NCBI GenBank assembly: GCA_963840055.1
Contig: CAWIXM010000045.1
Coordinates: 79,971-143,970, forward strand
Length of the DNA stretch: 64,000 nucleotides
Direction: 5' to 3'
Origin: an uncultured Alphaproteobacteria bacterium
GTDB taxonomy: Bacteria; Pseudomonadota; Alphaproteobacteria; Rhizobiales; Xanthobacteraceae
The position numbers and the translations under genes were made by a program. The first letter of the stretch is position 1; each line of letters opens with the position of its first letter. The notes under the pieces were generated by a model. It ran no database searches. It saw only the letters and a list, made by a program, of their open reading frames with translations, and was not told the origin of the DNA. This document shows, piece after piece, positions 18,639 through 28,127 of the stretch.

Positions 18639-18797
18639 ACCTCTCCCCGCCGGGGAGAGGTCGGCAAGCATTGAGGCACGAAATGCGAGCCGGGTGAGGG
18701 GGAACTACGATCGTCGTCGCAACAACCCAATGGTTGCCCCCCTCACCCGGATTCCTCGCTTCGCTCGGACTCCGACCTCTCCCCAGCGGGGAGAGGT
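18639..18797. repeat. G/C-rich nested-palindrome intergenic element (REP-like)
   Basis: Hairpin ACCTCTCCCC-GCC-GGGGAGAGGT sits at 18639-18661, with a near-identical hairpin at 18775-18797. They bracket the long-range pair GGGTGAGGGGG (18692) / CCCCCCTCACCC (18737). The element lies between convergent genes. Confidence 0.75.
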
Positions 18798-18805
18798 GAA
18801 GAGAA

Positions 18806-20437
18806 TTACTCCGGCATCGCCCGCTGGATCAGCCGGTCGACGCTCGCGCGCGCGAGACCGCGTGCGCCATAGGTTTTGCCCCCTTCGCCGGCCAGGCGGG
18901 TGGAGGCGAAGGCTTCGGTAAAGGGCAAGGACGCCGCACGCATGGCTTCTGCCGCGGCGAGCAGCGCGAGGCGTTCGACCGCAGCGCGGGCGACGAAATC
19001 GCTTCCGGGGTTCGCGAGGCTCTGCTCGACAAAGCTTGCCGCCTCCTTCGCGCCCGGCAAATCGCCCGCCGCCTTCTTGATTTCGGCCACCACCCCAAGC
19101 GCCGCGTCGCGGTCCTGAGCGAGCATCCGCAATACGTCGAGGCAGAGGACGTTGCCCGAGCCCTCCCAGATCGTGTTGACCGGGGCTTCCCGATAGAGCC
19201 GCGGCATGACGCTCTCCTCGATGAAGCCATTGCCACCGACGCACTCCATCGCCTCCGCGACGAAAGCAGGGGCCTGCTTGCAGATCCAGTATTTCGCCAC
19301 CGGGGTGAGCAGGCGCGCCCGCGCCCGCTCGCTGTCCTTTGCCGCCGACAGGTCGAGCGAGCGGCAAAGCCGCAACGCAAGCGCGAGCGCCGCCTCGACT
19401 TCGAGGGCGAGATCGGCCAGCACCGCCCGCATCAGGGGCTGATCGGACAAAGGCTTGTTGAAGACGTTACGGTGGCGGGCGTGATAGAGCGCCTGCGCCA
19501 GCGCCCCTCGCATAAGACCAGCCGAGCCGACGGCGCAGTCGGCGCGGGTGAGCTGAACGCTGGCCATGATGGTGGCGATCCCATCGCCCTCCCCGCCAAT
19601 CCGCCAACCGAAGGCTTTGTCGAACTCCATTTCGGTCGAGGCGTTCGAGCGGTTGCCTAGCTTGTCCTTAAGGCGCTGAAACTCCAACGCGTTCACTATC
19701 CCGTCCGGCCGGAAGCGGGGGACGAGGAAGGCGGTCGGACCGTCCTTGGCCTGCGCGAGCGCGAGAAAAGCGTCGCTCATCGGCGCCGAGACGAACCACT
19801 TGTGTCCGGTCAGCTCATAGCCGTCGCTCGTCGGCTCGGCGCGGGTGATATTGGTGCGGACGTCGGTACCGCCCTGCCGCTCGGTCATGGCGATGCCGAG
19901 CGTCAATCCAAACTTCTCCTCCCACGGCCGAAAGCTCGAATCGTAGTGGCGCGTCACCACTTTCTTGAGCATTTCGGCGGTGACGTCGGGTTGGCGCGCG
20001 AGCGCCGCAACGGCCGCGCGCGTCATCGTCACCGGGTTCATATGCCCGTTCTCGACCTGCGCCACCATGTAGCAGCGGGCCGCGCGCGCGACCTCCGCCG
20101 GGGCATCTTCGCGCTCCCCCTCAGCCGTCCAGGTCGAAGCGTGCAGGTTGGCGCCGATGCTCTCTTTCAGAAAGTGATGGTACGACGGATGGTACTCGAC
20201 GACGTCCCGGCGGAAGCCCTTGGCGTCGTAGGCATGGAGCTTGGGCGGGTTTTCATTGGCGAGGCGCGCCTGCTCGATCATGTCGGCTGCGCCCCACCGG
20301 CGTCCGAAGGCAGCCAGCAGCAGCGCCTCGTCTTCCGCCCCGTTCGCCGCGACCACCTCCTTGAGCGGCTGGTCGCTCGCGAAGAGGTCGACATCGACAT
20401 AGGGCGGGGATTGATTGAACCCCTCTTGGCTAGCCAT
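18806..20437 (-). CDS. acyl-CoA dehydrogenase family protein, AidB-like
   Basis: 543 aa. It has the AidB-type N-terminal extension ([18 protein letters not shown]...YHPSYHHF), the ACAD middle and C-terminal domains, and TNITRAEP...GHKWFVSAP. Confidence 0.85.
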   Translation of the reverse strand: MASQEGFNQSPPYVDVDLFASDQPLKEVVAANGAEDEALLLAAFGRRWGAADMIEQARLANENPPKLHAYDAKGFRRDVVEYHPSYHHFLKESIGANLHASTWTAEGEREDAPAEVARAARCYMVAQVENGHMNPVTMTRAAVAALARQPDVTAEMLKKVVTRHYDSSFRPWEEKFGLTLGIAMTERQGGTDVRTNITRAEPTSDGYELTGHKWFVSAPMSDAFLALAQAKDGPTAFLVPRFRPDGIVNALEFQRLKDKLGNRSNASTEMEFDKAFGWRIGGEGDGIATIMASVQLTRADCAVGSAGLMRGALAQALYHARHRNVFNKPLSDQPLMRAVLADLALEVEAALALALRLCRSLDLSAAKDSERARARLLTPVAKYWICKQAPAFVAEAMECVGGNGFIEESVMPRLYREAPVNTIWEGSGNVLCLDVLRMLAQDRDAALGVVAEIKKAAGDLPGAKEAASFVEQSLANPGSDFVARAAVERLALLAAAEAMRAASLPFTEAFASTRLAGEGGKTYGARGLARASVDRLIQRAMPE

Positions 20438-20569
20438 CCTCAGTTCCTTCCGCGGCGCTGGGCGAGCGCCCGGGCTCGCTTAGCGGGGCCGCCGTTTGGG
20501 GACAAGTATTTAAAGCTGTCAGGGCCGCGCTTGCCGGCGCTCTCAGGAGCGCATATACGTCGGGCTTTA

Positions 20570-21523
20570 ATGAATGTCGCGCCCAAACCTTCGTTCGTTC
20601 TCCACCAGCGGCACTTGTTGGGGATCGATGGGCTTTCTCGCGAGGAGATTATTGGGCTTCTCGACCTCGCGGAGGAGTTTGTCCATCTCAACCGGCAAAT
20701 CGAGAAGAAGCGGGCGTCGCTACGCGGCCGCACCCAGATCAACCTGTTTTTCGAGGTCTCGACCCGCACCCAGTCCTCCTTCGAGCTTGCCGGCAAGCGG
20801 CTCGGGGCGGACGTCATGAACATGGTGGTCGGCTCCTCCTCCATGCGCAAAGGGGAGACGCTGGTCGACACCGCGATCACCCTCAACGCCATGCGGCCCG
20901 ATATTCTGGTGGTGCGCCATCACGCCTCGGGCGCGGTCGCCCTGCTCGCGCGCAAGGTGGATTGCTGCGTGGTCAACGCCGGTGATGGCGCGCATGAGCA
21001 TCCGACCCAGGCGCTGCTCGATGCGCTCACCATCCGCCGCAACAAGGGCCGGATCGAACGGCTCATCGTCGCGATCTGCGGGGACGTCGCCCATTCGCGG
21101 GTGGCGCGCTCGAATATCCTGTTGTTGAACGCGCTCGACGCCCGGGTGCGGGTGATCGCGCCGTCGACGCTGCTGCCGCCGGGGATCGAGCGGCTCGGCG
21201 TCGAAGTCTATCGCGACATGCGCGAGGGTTTGCGCGACGCCGACATCGTGATGATGCTGCGCCTGCAGCGTGAGCGCATGAACGGGTCGTTCGTGCCGTC
21301 CTCGCAGGAATACTTCGCCTATTTCGGCCTTGACGAGAAGAAGCTCGGCTACGCCAAGCCGGATGCGCTGGTGATGCATCCCGGACCGATGAATTGCGGT
21401 GTCGAGATCAGTTCGACCGTCGCCGACGGCGCGCGCTCGCTCATCCGCGAGCAAGTGGAGATGGGGGTGGCGGCGCGCATGGCGGTGCTGGAGGCGCTGT
21501 CGCGCAACCTGCCGAATGCCTGA
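20570..21523 (+). CDS. pyrB: aspartate carbamoyltransferase catalytic subunit
   Basis: The ATG at 20570 gives [13 protein letters not shown], the carbamoyl-phosphate site [13 protein letters not shown], then HPTQALLD and HPGPMN. The upstream part of listed ORF 19802..21523 is antisense to the ACAD gene. Confidence 0.93.
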   Translation: MNVAPKPSFVLHQRHLLGIDGLSREEIIGLLDLAEEFVHLNRQIEKKRASLRGRTQINLFFEVSTRTQSSFELAGKRLGADVMNMVVGSSSMRKGETLVDTAITLNAMRPDILVVRHHASGAVALLARKVDCCVVNAGDGAHEHPTQALLDALTIRRNKGRIERLIVAICGDVAHSRVARSNILLLNALDARVRVIAPSTLLPPGIERLGVEVYRDMREGLRDADIVMMLRLQRERMNGSFVPSSQEYFAYFGLDEKKLGYAKPDALVMHPGPMNCGVEISSTVADGARSLIREQVEMGVAARMAVLEALSRNLPNA

Positions 21524-21570
21524 GCGGACGATGTTGGCGCGCGTCCCGTGGCGTAACTAGGTGTAAGTCG

Positions 21571-22873
21571 ATGCTTTCCGACCGGCGACCGATCCTGCTC
21601 ACCAATGCGCGCATCCTCGACCCCGCCCGCGACCTCGATCTCGTCGGCGATCTGCTGATGGCCGACGGCGTGATCCGCGAGGTCAAGCGCGGCATCGGTG
21701 CGGCGGGCGTGCCGGAAGGAACGGAGGTGATCGACTGCCGCGGCAAGGTGGTCGCCCCCGGACTGACCGACATGCGGGCCTTCGTCGGCGAGCCGGGCGC
21801 CGAGTACCGCGAGACGCTTGCCTCGGCGAGCCACGCCGCGGCGGCGGGCGGCGTCACCACCATCATCTGTCAGCCCGACACCGACCCGCCCATCGACGAC
21901 CCGGCCATGGTCGACTTCGTGCAGCGGCGCGCCCGCGATACCGCGATTGTTCGCGTGCATCCGATGGCGGCGTTGACCAAAGCCCTCCAGGGCGAGGAGA
22001 TGACCGAAATCGGCCTGCTCAAGGCCGCGGGCGCGGTCGCCTTCACCGATGGGGCGAAGAGCGTGACCAATGCGCGGGTGATGCGCCGCGCGCTCACCTA
22101 CGCGCGGGACTTCGATGCGCTGGTCGCCCACCACACCGAGGACCCCGACCTCGTGGGCGAGGGCGTGATGAACGAGGGCGAATTCGCCGCCCGGCTCGGC
22201 CTCATCGGCGTGCCCAAGGCGGCGGAGACGATCATGCTCGAGCGCGACCTGCGGCTGGTTGCGCTCTCGCAGGCGCGCTACCACGCCGCGTCGCTGACCT
22301 GCGCGGAATCGCTCGACGTGCTCCTGCGCGGCAAGGAGTTCGGGCCTCGACGTCACCGCGGCCGCTTCGATCAACCATCTCGCGCTCAACGAGATGGATG
22401 TCGGCGCCTACCGCACCTTCTGCAAAGTCTCTCCGCCGCTGCGGCCGGAGGCCGACCGCATGGCGCTGGTCGCAGCGCTCGCCTCCGGCCTGATCGACGT
22501 GGTGATGTCCGATCACAATCCGCAGGACGTGGAGACCAAGCGCCTGCCCTTCGCCGAGGCTGAGCCGGGCGCGATCGGCATCGAGACCATGCTGACGGCG
22601 GCGCTGCGGCTCGTGCATTCCGGCGACATCAAGCTGATGACGCTGCTCAAGGCGATGTCGAGTCGGCCGGCGGAAATTTTAGGGCTGCCCGGCGGCAATC
22701 TGCGGCCCGGCAGCCCCGCCGACGTGATCGTCATCGATCTCGAGGTGCCCTGGGTGCTCGACCGCGAGGAACTGAAATCGAAGTGCAAGAACTCGCCCTT
22801 CGACGAAGCGCGCCTGCAAGGCCGCGTCCTGCGCACCATCGTCGCCGGCCGCACGGTATATGAGTTTGTGTGA
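21571..22873 (+). pseudogene. dihydroorotase-like protein (PyrC'/PyrX type, lacks HxH), frame broken near 22341-22347 (ORFs 21394..22563 and 22394..22873)
   Basis: Amidohydrolase fold immediately downstream of pyrB. The frames join at LLRGKEFG / LDVTAAASINHLALNEMDVG. The span of 1303 nt equals 434 codons plus 1 nt. The canonical DxHxH position reads PGLTDMRAFVGEPG. Confidence 0.8.
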
Positions 22874-23050
22874 GCGCGTTGGCGCCAAGCAGAAACAATC
22901 CTCGTCGATGTGACAACTCGTCCCCCGTCGTTTCATTACCTTTTATTCATCGACCCGAAAGGGTCCTGTAATGCGAACGCAGTCATTTTCAACGCGTCAC
23001 GGTTCCGTGCTTCCTCGATATGACCCGCGCAATCATCATAGAGGTGTCTT

Positions 23051-23803
23051 ATGAACGGAAAATATTTAGCATCAACAGCCTTTGCGGCTGTCCTGGCGTC
23101 GTCTCTGCTCGCCCTGCCTGCTTCGGCTGAGAGCACGAAAAGCGCCCCCAAGCCCGCGGCCACCACCTCGGCGCCTGCCGCCGCATCGACCTCGGCGCCT
23201 GTCGCCACGGGCGACGCCAAGTCCGACGCTAGTTCTGATGCGCTGTCGATCATGCGGTATTCGCAAGACGGCAGCAGAGCCATCCGCCAAATTGGCTTGG
23301 CCCGGGTTGCGATCTTCAATGGCGACCCGAAGCTCGCCTCCGATCTGATCGCCAAAGCAAAGGCTTCCGTCGCCAAAGCCGAGCAGGAAGCGCCGACCTT
23401 CGCGGTTAAGGTGTCAGCCGTAGCGAATGGCAAGGTGGTTGGCACCGAGTCCGAAACCGGTAAAGCCCAGATGGTGCCCGTCGATGGCGATCTGGTGCTC
23501 GCCGAGGACTTTGTGCCCACGCCGGAGAAGCGTGCGCGCATCGACAAGGCCAACGAGCATTTCAAGAACGGCAGGGCCAAGGAGGCGCTGGAAGAATTGC
23601 GTCTCGGCGACATTTCGGTGATGTACACCCGCGCGTGGATGCCGCTTGCCTCGGCCACCAAGCACCTCGACCAGGCCACCAAGTTTATGGATGACCATAA
23701 GTATTACGAGGCCAACCTCGCGCTCAAGGCGATCGGCGACAGCATCACGCTGGATTCCGTGGCCATCAACGAGCCGACAACAAAGACAAAAACAAAGTCG
23801 TAA
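23051..23803 (+). CDS. YfdX family periplasmic protein
   Basis: Signal peptide present. The sequence aligns well by eye with E. coli YfdX as I recall it (ARVAIFNGDP, TPEKRARIDKANEHFKNGRAKEALEELRLG, HKYYEANLALKAIGDSITLDS). Confidence 0.8.
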   Translation: MNGKYLASTAFAAVLASSLLALPASAESTKSAPKPAATTSAPAAASTSAPVATGDAKSDASSDALSIMRYSQDGSRAIRQIGLARVAIFNGDPKLASDLIAKAKASVAKAEQEAPTFAVKVSAVANGKVVGTESETGKAQMVPVDGDLVLAEDFVPTPEKRARIDKANEHFKNGRAKEALEELRLGDISVMYTRAWMPLASATKHLDQATKFMDDHKYYEANLALKAIGDSITLDSVAINEPTTKTKTKS

Positions 23804-23848
23804 AACGATAAATTCAAAAGCCACATCGGCCACAATCCACCGTGCAAA

Positions 23849-23874
23849 AGGGCGGCGTCAGCCGCCCTCTTTCT
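23849..23874. terminator. bidirectional rho-independent terminator
   Basis: Stem AGGGCGGC / GCCGCCCT with loop GTCA. It is followed by CTTTCT on the plus strand and by TTTTGC on the minus strand, and sits between convergent genes. Confidence 0.65.
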
Positions 23875-23899
23875 AGACCCTGCGCCAGAACAGATTGGA

Positions 23900-24830
23900 T
23901 TATTGCTTAAAGCCATAGTACCGCATAGCAGCTTCGGTTAGCACGCTTGTGGCTACAGCAATTCCCACTTTCCACGTCCCGTCCGCTGCCTTTCCAATAT
24001 TTTTGGCGATCCATGCTTTCGCTCTCTTTCCAAATGGCTCCGTCTTACTCTCCGGTTCCTCCGAAACAACAATGCGGGACAATTCTTCTGCATCTGACTT
24101 CGCGATGCCTGCTACTACTAGCGCCTCAATAAATGCGTTGCCGTCGCCCTCTGATACATTTACTCGGATTATCGCGCTGTCGCCCGTATTTGAAATACTC
24201 GTATAATTGCCATGAATAATCTGCTGAGTTATTTGAGTCACTTTCTCTCCGTCTGCTGCGGGCGGCACAGCGACAGGTGGCGGCCCAAGTGTGATTTCAG
24301 CCGCCGCAGGCAGTGTCTTTTCAATTTGAATTGTTAATTCAAGCACTCTAGTGCGAACAGCGTTCTGCAATTCGGTCAGCGCAGCCTTTGAAACAATTCC
24401 AACAACGCTATTACAGGCGTAATCCTCATATACCTTACCCTGCAGCAATAAGATTAGATTAGAAGCCTCTATCTGTAGCGTTCCGCCGTTTTCCTTATCT
24501 CCGGCAACCAAGTCATCAATAGCCGCCACGCTTTGCCTTATCTCGTACTGCGTCCAATGTTTCCCAGCAAATTTTTCAATGAGATACGGCGATCGGAGCA
24601 TTACTTATTCCAGAGCCAAATGGGCCGGAAAAGGTACCTTTATAGGAAACGCCTATCTTCCGATAACTTGGAACCTCGACATCGTTAGGATATCCTTCTA
24701 ACTCGTGCTTTACCCACTCTTCGAGCACAACGCTACCAAGTCGAGAAGCGAGAAAACGAAGCTTGAGCAGAATTGGACCAATTTCACGGCCTTCCAACAG
24801 AGAAGACTGGATTTCTCGAAGCAGGCTCAC
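23900..24830 (-). pseudogene. AbiTii-domain protein (abortive-infection-like), frame broken near 24579-24598 (ORFs 24576..24830 and 23900..24601)
   Basis: The N-terminus SLLREIQSSLLEG..IGPILLKLRFLASRLGS..LEEWVKHELEGYP...VPSYRKI...GPFGSGISNAPI matches my recollection of the AbiTii N-terminal domain. GC content is clearly lower than in the surrounding genes. Confidence 0.6.
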
Positions 24831-24923
24831 AGGTGCACCCGTTCATATGGTACATAATAGCGAATCGCCCGCACCATACAACCATATCGAGCGCCATTTA
24901 TCGAATTAGTCGCTCGGTTCGCT

Positions 24924-25001
24924 CTACCGCACCAGCTCCCGCATCGCCTTGTCCAACCCCTCCAGGGTCAACGGATACATGCGTCCGGCCATCAGCTGGC
25001 G
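24924..25001 (-). repeat. relic second copy of the last 25 codons plus stop of the vWA gene
   Basis: Encodes RQLMAGRMYPLTLEGLDKAMRELVR-stop, identical in protein to 25549..25626. The DNA differs at 10 of 78 positions, and all differences within sense codons are synonymous. Confidence 0.9.
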
Positions 25002-25018
25002 TCCTACAGATGCTCGCT

Positions 25019-25309
25019 TTATGCGGCCGCTTCAACCTTGGCGGTGAACGGCACGGCGGCGACTACCGCATCTTCCGCCTGCTCGCAAAAAACAGGATCG
25101 GACCTCAACTCGTCGATGGTTCGTGGAATAGGAAAGCTTTCGCCGGTTAGCCTAGACCAATCCTCGGCCGCGAACTCCAAGACTTCAACCGCGTTTTGCA
25201 TCGCCTCGTCGATCGTGTCCCCAGCCGTGATGACCCCGGGGATGTCAGGAAAAGAGACGCCGTAACAGCTGTCACGATCTTTATGGATCAGCGCAATGTA
25301 GTACGGCAT
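25019..25309 (-). CDS. hicB: type II antitoxin HicB
   Basis: Starts MPYYIALIHKDRDSCYGVSFPDIPGVITAGDTIDEAMQNAVEVLEF, a typical HicB N-terminal domain. It lies directly downstream of hicA. Confidence 0.88.
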   Translation of the reverse strand: MPYYIALIHKDRDSCYGVSFPDIPGVITAGDTIDEAMQNAVEVLEFAAEDWSRLTGESFPIPRTIDELRSDPVFCEQAEDAVVAAVPFTAKVEAAA

Positions 25310-25320
25310 CGTATCTCCAA

Positions 25321-25515
25321 TCAGTCTTTCGGCCAGTGCGCTTGTCGGTAGATAGACCGAATTGTACCCCAGGGAATATCCTTACGCGGATGAGGAACCG
25401 TTACGACCAATCTTGATATGGGGTGTACGAATTTATGGTGCGATCCCTTCACCGCCACCAATTCGAAGCCGTCCCGCCGCAGCCGCGCGATGATGTCACG
25501 GCTGTCCCGCAACAT
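25321..25515 (-). CDS. hicA: type II toxin HicA (mRNA interferase)
   Basis: 64 aa. Contains RDIIARLRRDGFELVAVKGSHHKFVHP....VTVPHP.KDIPWGTIRSIYRQA. Confidence 0.9.
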   Translation of the reverse strand: MLRDSRDIIARLRRDGFELVAVKGSHHKFVHPISRLVVTVPHPRKDIPWGTIRSIYRQAHWPKD

Positions 25516-25548
25516 TGAAGGGCCTCCCTCAACTCACCGCCGACGTCC

Positions 25549-26724
25549 TCACCTCACCAGTTCCCGCATCGCCTTATCCAAGCCCTCCAGGGTCAGCGGG
25601 TACATGCGTCCGGCCATGAGCTGGCGCACCATCTTGATCGACTGGGTGTAGCCCCAGTGCTCCTCGGGAAGCGGGTTGAGCCACACGCAGGCGGGATAGG
25701 TGCGGGCCACGCGGTCGAGCCACACCTGCCCCGCCTCTTCGTTTATGTGCTCGACCGAGCCGCCCGGCACGACGATCTCATAGGGGCTCATGGAGGCGTC
25801 GCCGATGAAGATCACCTTGTAGTCGTGCGGATAGGTGTGCAGCACGTCCCAGGTCGGCGTGGTGTGGTCCCAGCGGCGGCGGTTCTCCTTCCACACCTTC
25901 TCGTACAGGCAGTTGTGGAAGTAGAAATATTCGAGATGCTTGAATTCGAGCCGGGCGGCGGAGAACAGCTCCTCGGTGAGCTTGATGTGCCAGTCCATCG
26001 AGCCGCCGACGTCGAAGAAGGCGAGCACCCTCACCGCGTTGTGCCGCTCCGGGCGCAGCTTGATGTCGAGATAGCCCTTGTGCGCCGTCTCCTTGATGGT
26101 GCCGTCGAGATCGAGTTCCTCCGGCGCGCCGGTGCGGGCGAACTTGCGCAACCTCCGCAGCGCGATCTTGATGTTGCGGGTGCCGAGCTCGACGTCGCCG
26201 TCGAGGTCCTTGAACTCGCGCTTGTCCCACACCTTCACCGCGCGGAAATTGCGGTTCTTGTCCTGGCCGATGCGGATGCCTTCCGGATTGTAGCCGTAGG
26301 CGCCGTAGGGCGAGGTGCCGCCGGTGCCGATCCATTTCGAGCCGCCGTGATGGGCGCCCTTCTGCTCGGCCAGCCGCTTCATGAACTCCTCGATGAGCTT
26401 GTCGAGCCCGCCCATCGCCTCGATCTGCTGCTTCTCCTCCTCGGTGAGATACTTCTCCGCGAGCTTCTTCAGCCACTCGGCGGGGATCTCGACGGTGACC
26501 GCCTCGCTCATCAGGTCGAGGCCCTTGAACACATGGCCGAACACGCGGTCGAACTTGTCGAGATTGCGCTCGTCCTTTACCAGCGTCGCGCGCGCGAGGT
26601 AGTAGAAGTCCTCGACCCGGCGCGAGGCGAGATCGGCCTCCATCGCCTCCATCAGCGTCAGGTACTCGCGCAGCGTCACCGGCAGGCCGGCGCTTTTGAG
26701 CTCATGAAAGAAGGTGACGAACAT
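25549..26724 (-). CDS. VWA domain-containing protein (CoxE-like)
   Basis: The ATG at 26724 follows GGAGAG. It starts MFVTFFHELKSAGLPVTLREYLTLMEAMEADL, has a VWA core (VLAFFDVGGSMD) and is 391 aa long. No MoxR-type ATPase gene is adjacent. Confidence 0.8.
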   Translation of the reverse strand: MFVTFFHELKSAGLPVTLREYLTLMEAMEADLASRRVEDFYYLARATLVKDERNLDKFDRVFGHVFKGLDLMSEAVTVEIPAEWLKKLAEKYLTEEEKQQIEAMGGLDKLIEEFMKRLAEQKGAHHGGSKWIGTGGTSPYGAYGYNPEGIRIGQDKNRNFRAVKVWDKREFKDLDGDVELGTRNIKIALRRLRKFARTGAPEELDLDGTIKETAHKGYLDIKLRPERHNAVRVLAFFDVGGSMDWHIKLTEELFSAARLEFKHLEYFYFHNCLYEKVWKENRRRWDHTTPTWDVLHTYPHDYKVIFIGDASMSPYEIVVPGGSVEHINEEAGQVWLDRVARTYPACVWLNPLPEEHWGYTQSIKMVRQLMAGRMYPLTLEGLDKAMRELVR

Positions 26725-26804
26725 CCGTTTCTCTCCGGCCGTCGCCCCATGTTTGTAATACGGACGTCGGCACCCGTCGAGCGGATGCCCAAGCGGCCGG
26801 CACG

Positions 26805-26905
26805 AGAGCATTTTCCGGCGAAGTGGAAACCGGTTCGCCGCAGAAAATGCGACCACTCAAGGACAATTAGAGCGAATTCCGATTCCAATGGAACGGAATT
26901 CGCTC
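26805..26905 (-). repeat. MITE-like palindromic element, copy B (inverted, lacks the apical 24-nt hairpin)
   Basis: It is the reverse complement of copies A and C, except that CCTGCCCCGGACTTGATCCGGGGT is absent. It lies between the divergent vWA and yihY-like genes. Confidence 0.85.
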
Positions 26906-27964
26906 GAGCGCACGACCCGCGGCGTCGAGCCAAGCGTCGCGCAACGGGCCGACGCGGCGGTATTCGCAGCAGACGCGGAACCCGCCCATCCCTATCCAGT
27001 TATTCAGGCACTCGCCCGGGCGCACGCCGCGGCAGAAGCGGAGTGTGACCCGGTGGCCAGTTCCAAACGTGAAATAAGAGCCGATCCGCCCGTGTACGGG
27101 TGGTTCAGCGTATTGAAGCGAATATTCGTTCGCTTCGGCGAAGACCGCGTCATGACGGTTGCGGGGGGCGTCACTTTCTTTTCGCTGCTTGCAATTTTTC
27201 CAGCGATCGCGGCGCTCGTCTCGATCTACGGCCTGTTCTCCGATCCTTCGCGCCTGACCGGACAAATTCAAACCCTCCATGACGTGTTGCCGAGCGGCGG
27301 CATGGAGGTGTTGGGCGACCAGATGAGCCGCGTCGCCTCGCAGGGCCGCAGCGCGCTGGGAACCACGTTTCTCATCAGCCTGGCGATTTCGCTGTGGAGC
27401 GCAAACTCCGGCATGAAAGCTTTGTTCGACGCGCTCAACATTGTCTACGACGTGCCCGAGAGACGCAGTTTCATTCGCCTCAATGCCGTAACGCTGACGT
27501 TCACGCTCGGAGCGATCGGTTTCATTTTACTTGCACTAGCGGCGCTCGTCGTGTTGCCGGTGGCGGCCAGTTACGTTGGGCTCGGCAGCGAGATCGCGCA
27601 GATCCTGAATGTCGGCCGCTGGCCGGTGCTGCTGATCGTGCTCATGTTCGCCCTCGTCTTGATCTATCGCTTCGGCCCTAACCGCGAGCGCGCAAAGTGG
27701 CGCTGGATCACCTGGGGCAGCGCAATCGCGGCGCTGCTGTGGCTCGGAGCATCAGCGCTTTTTTCCTGGTACGCGGAAAATTTTGGCAATTTCAATAGGA
27801 CCTACGGGACGCTTGGCGCCGTCATCGGCTTCATGATGTGGCTGTGGATTTCCGCGATGGTCATCCTCATCGGCGCGGAGCTTGACGCCGAGTTCGAACG
27901 CCGGGATCCCTCGTCAAGCAAGCCCTCGGGCGGCGAGACCTCGCCCGAGAGCGTTAGACCTTAG
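26888..27964 (+). CDS. YihY/BrkB family membrane protein (start uncertain, possibly GTG at 27053)
   Basis: Contains RFGEDRVMTVAGGVTFFSLLAIFPAIAALVSIYGLF and six hydrophobic segments. The listed ATG at 26888 lies inside repeat copy B, so the true start is probably downstream. Confidence 0.8.
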   Translation: MERNSLERTTRGVEPSVAQRADAAVFAADAEPAHPYPVIQALARAHAAAEAECDPVASSKREIRADPPVYGWFSVLKRIFVRFGEDRVMTVAGGVTFFSLLAIFPAIAALVSIYGLFSDPSRLTGQIQTLHDVLPSGGMEVLGDQMSRVASQGRSALGTTFLISLAISLWSANSGMKALFDALNIVYDVPERRSFIRLNAVTLTFTLGAIGFILLALAALVVLPVAASYVGLGSEIAQILNVGRWPVLLIVLMFALVLIYRFGPNRERAKWRWITWGSAIAALLWLGASALFSWYAENFGNFNRTYGTLGAVIGFMMWLWISAMVILIGAELDAEFERRDPSSSKPSGGETSPESVRP

Positions 27965-28127
27965 TCTTGCCGACAATTTGACCTCCCAGGTCCGGCGCAA
28001 ACATCCCGGAGTGCGCGAGATTTCGGTCGCGCGGAACGACGCAGGTCACGCGCGGCATTTCAGCGGCCACGGTTCTGCCCTGATGTTGCCGTGCGGGTGT
28101 TTAGAACAGAGTCCAAGGAGAACGCGA

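Noticed and set aside
19802-20569. An N-terminal 256-aa extension of the pyrB ORF.
   Set aside because: It overlaps the acyl-CoA dehydrogenase gene in antisense. The conserved ATCase sequence begins at the ATG at 20570.
25657-27048. A 463-aa plus-strand ORF.
   Set aside because: It is antisense to the well-supported vWA gene and continues through the MITE-like repeat. It is a typical high-GC antisense artefact.
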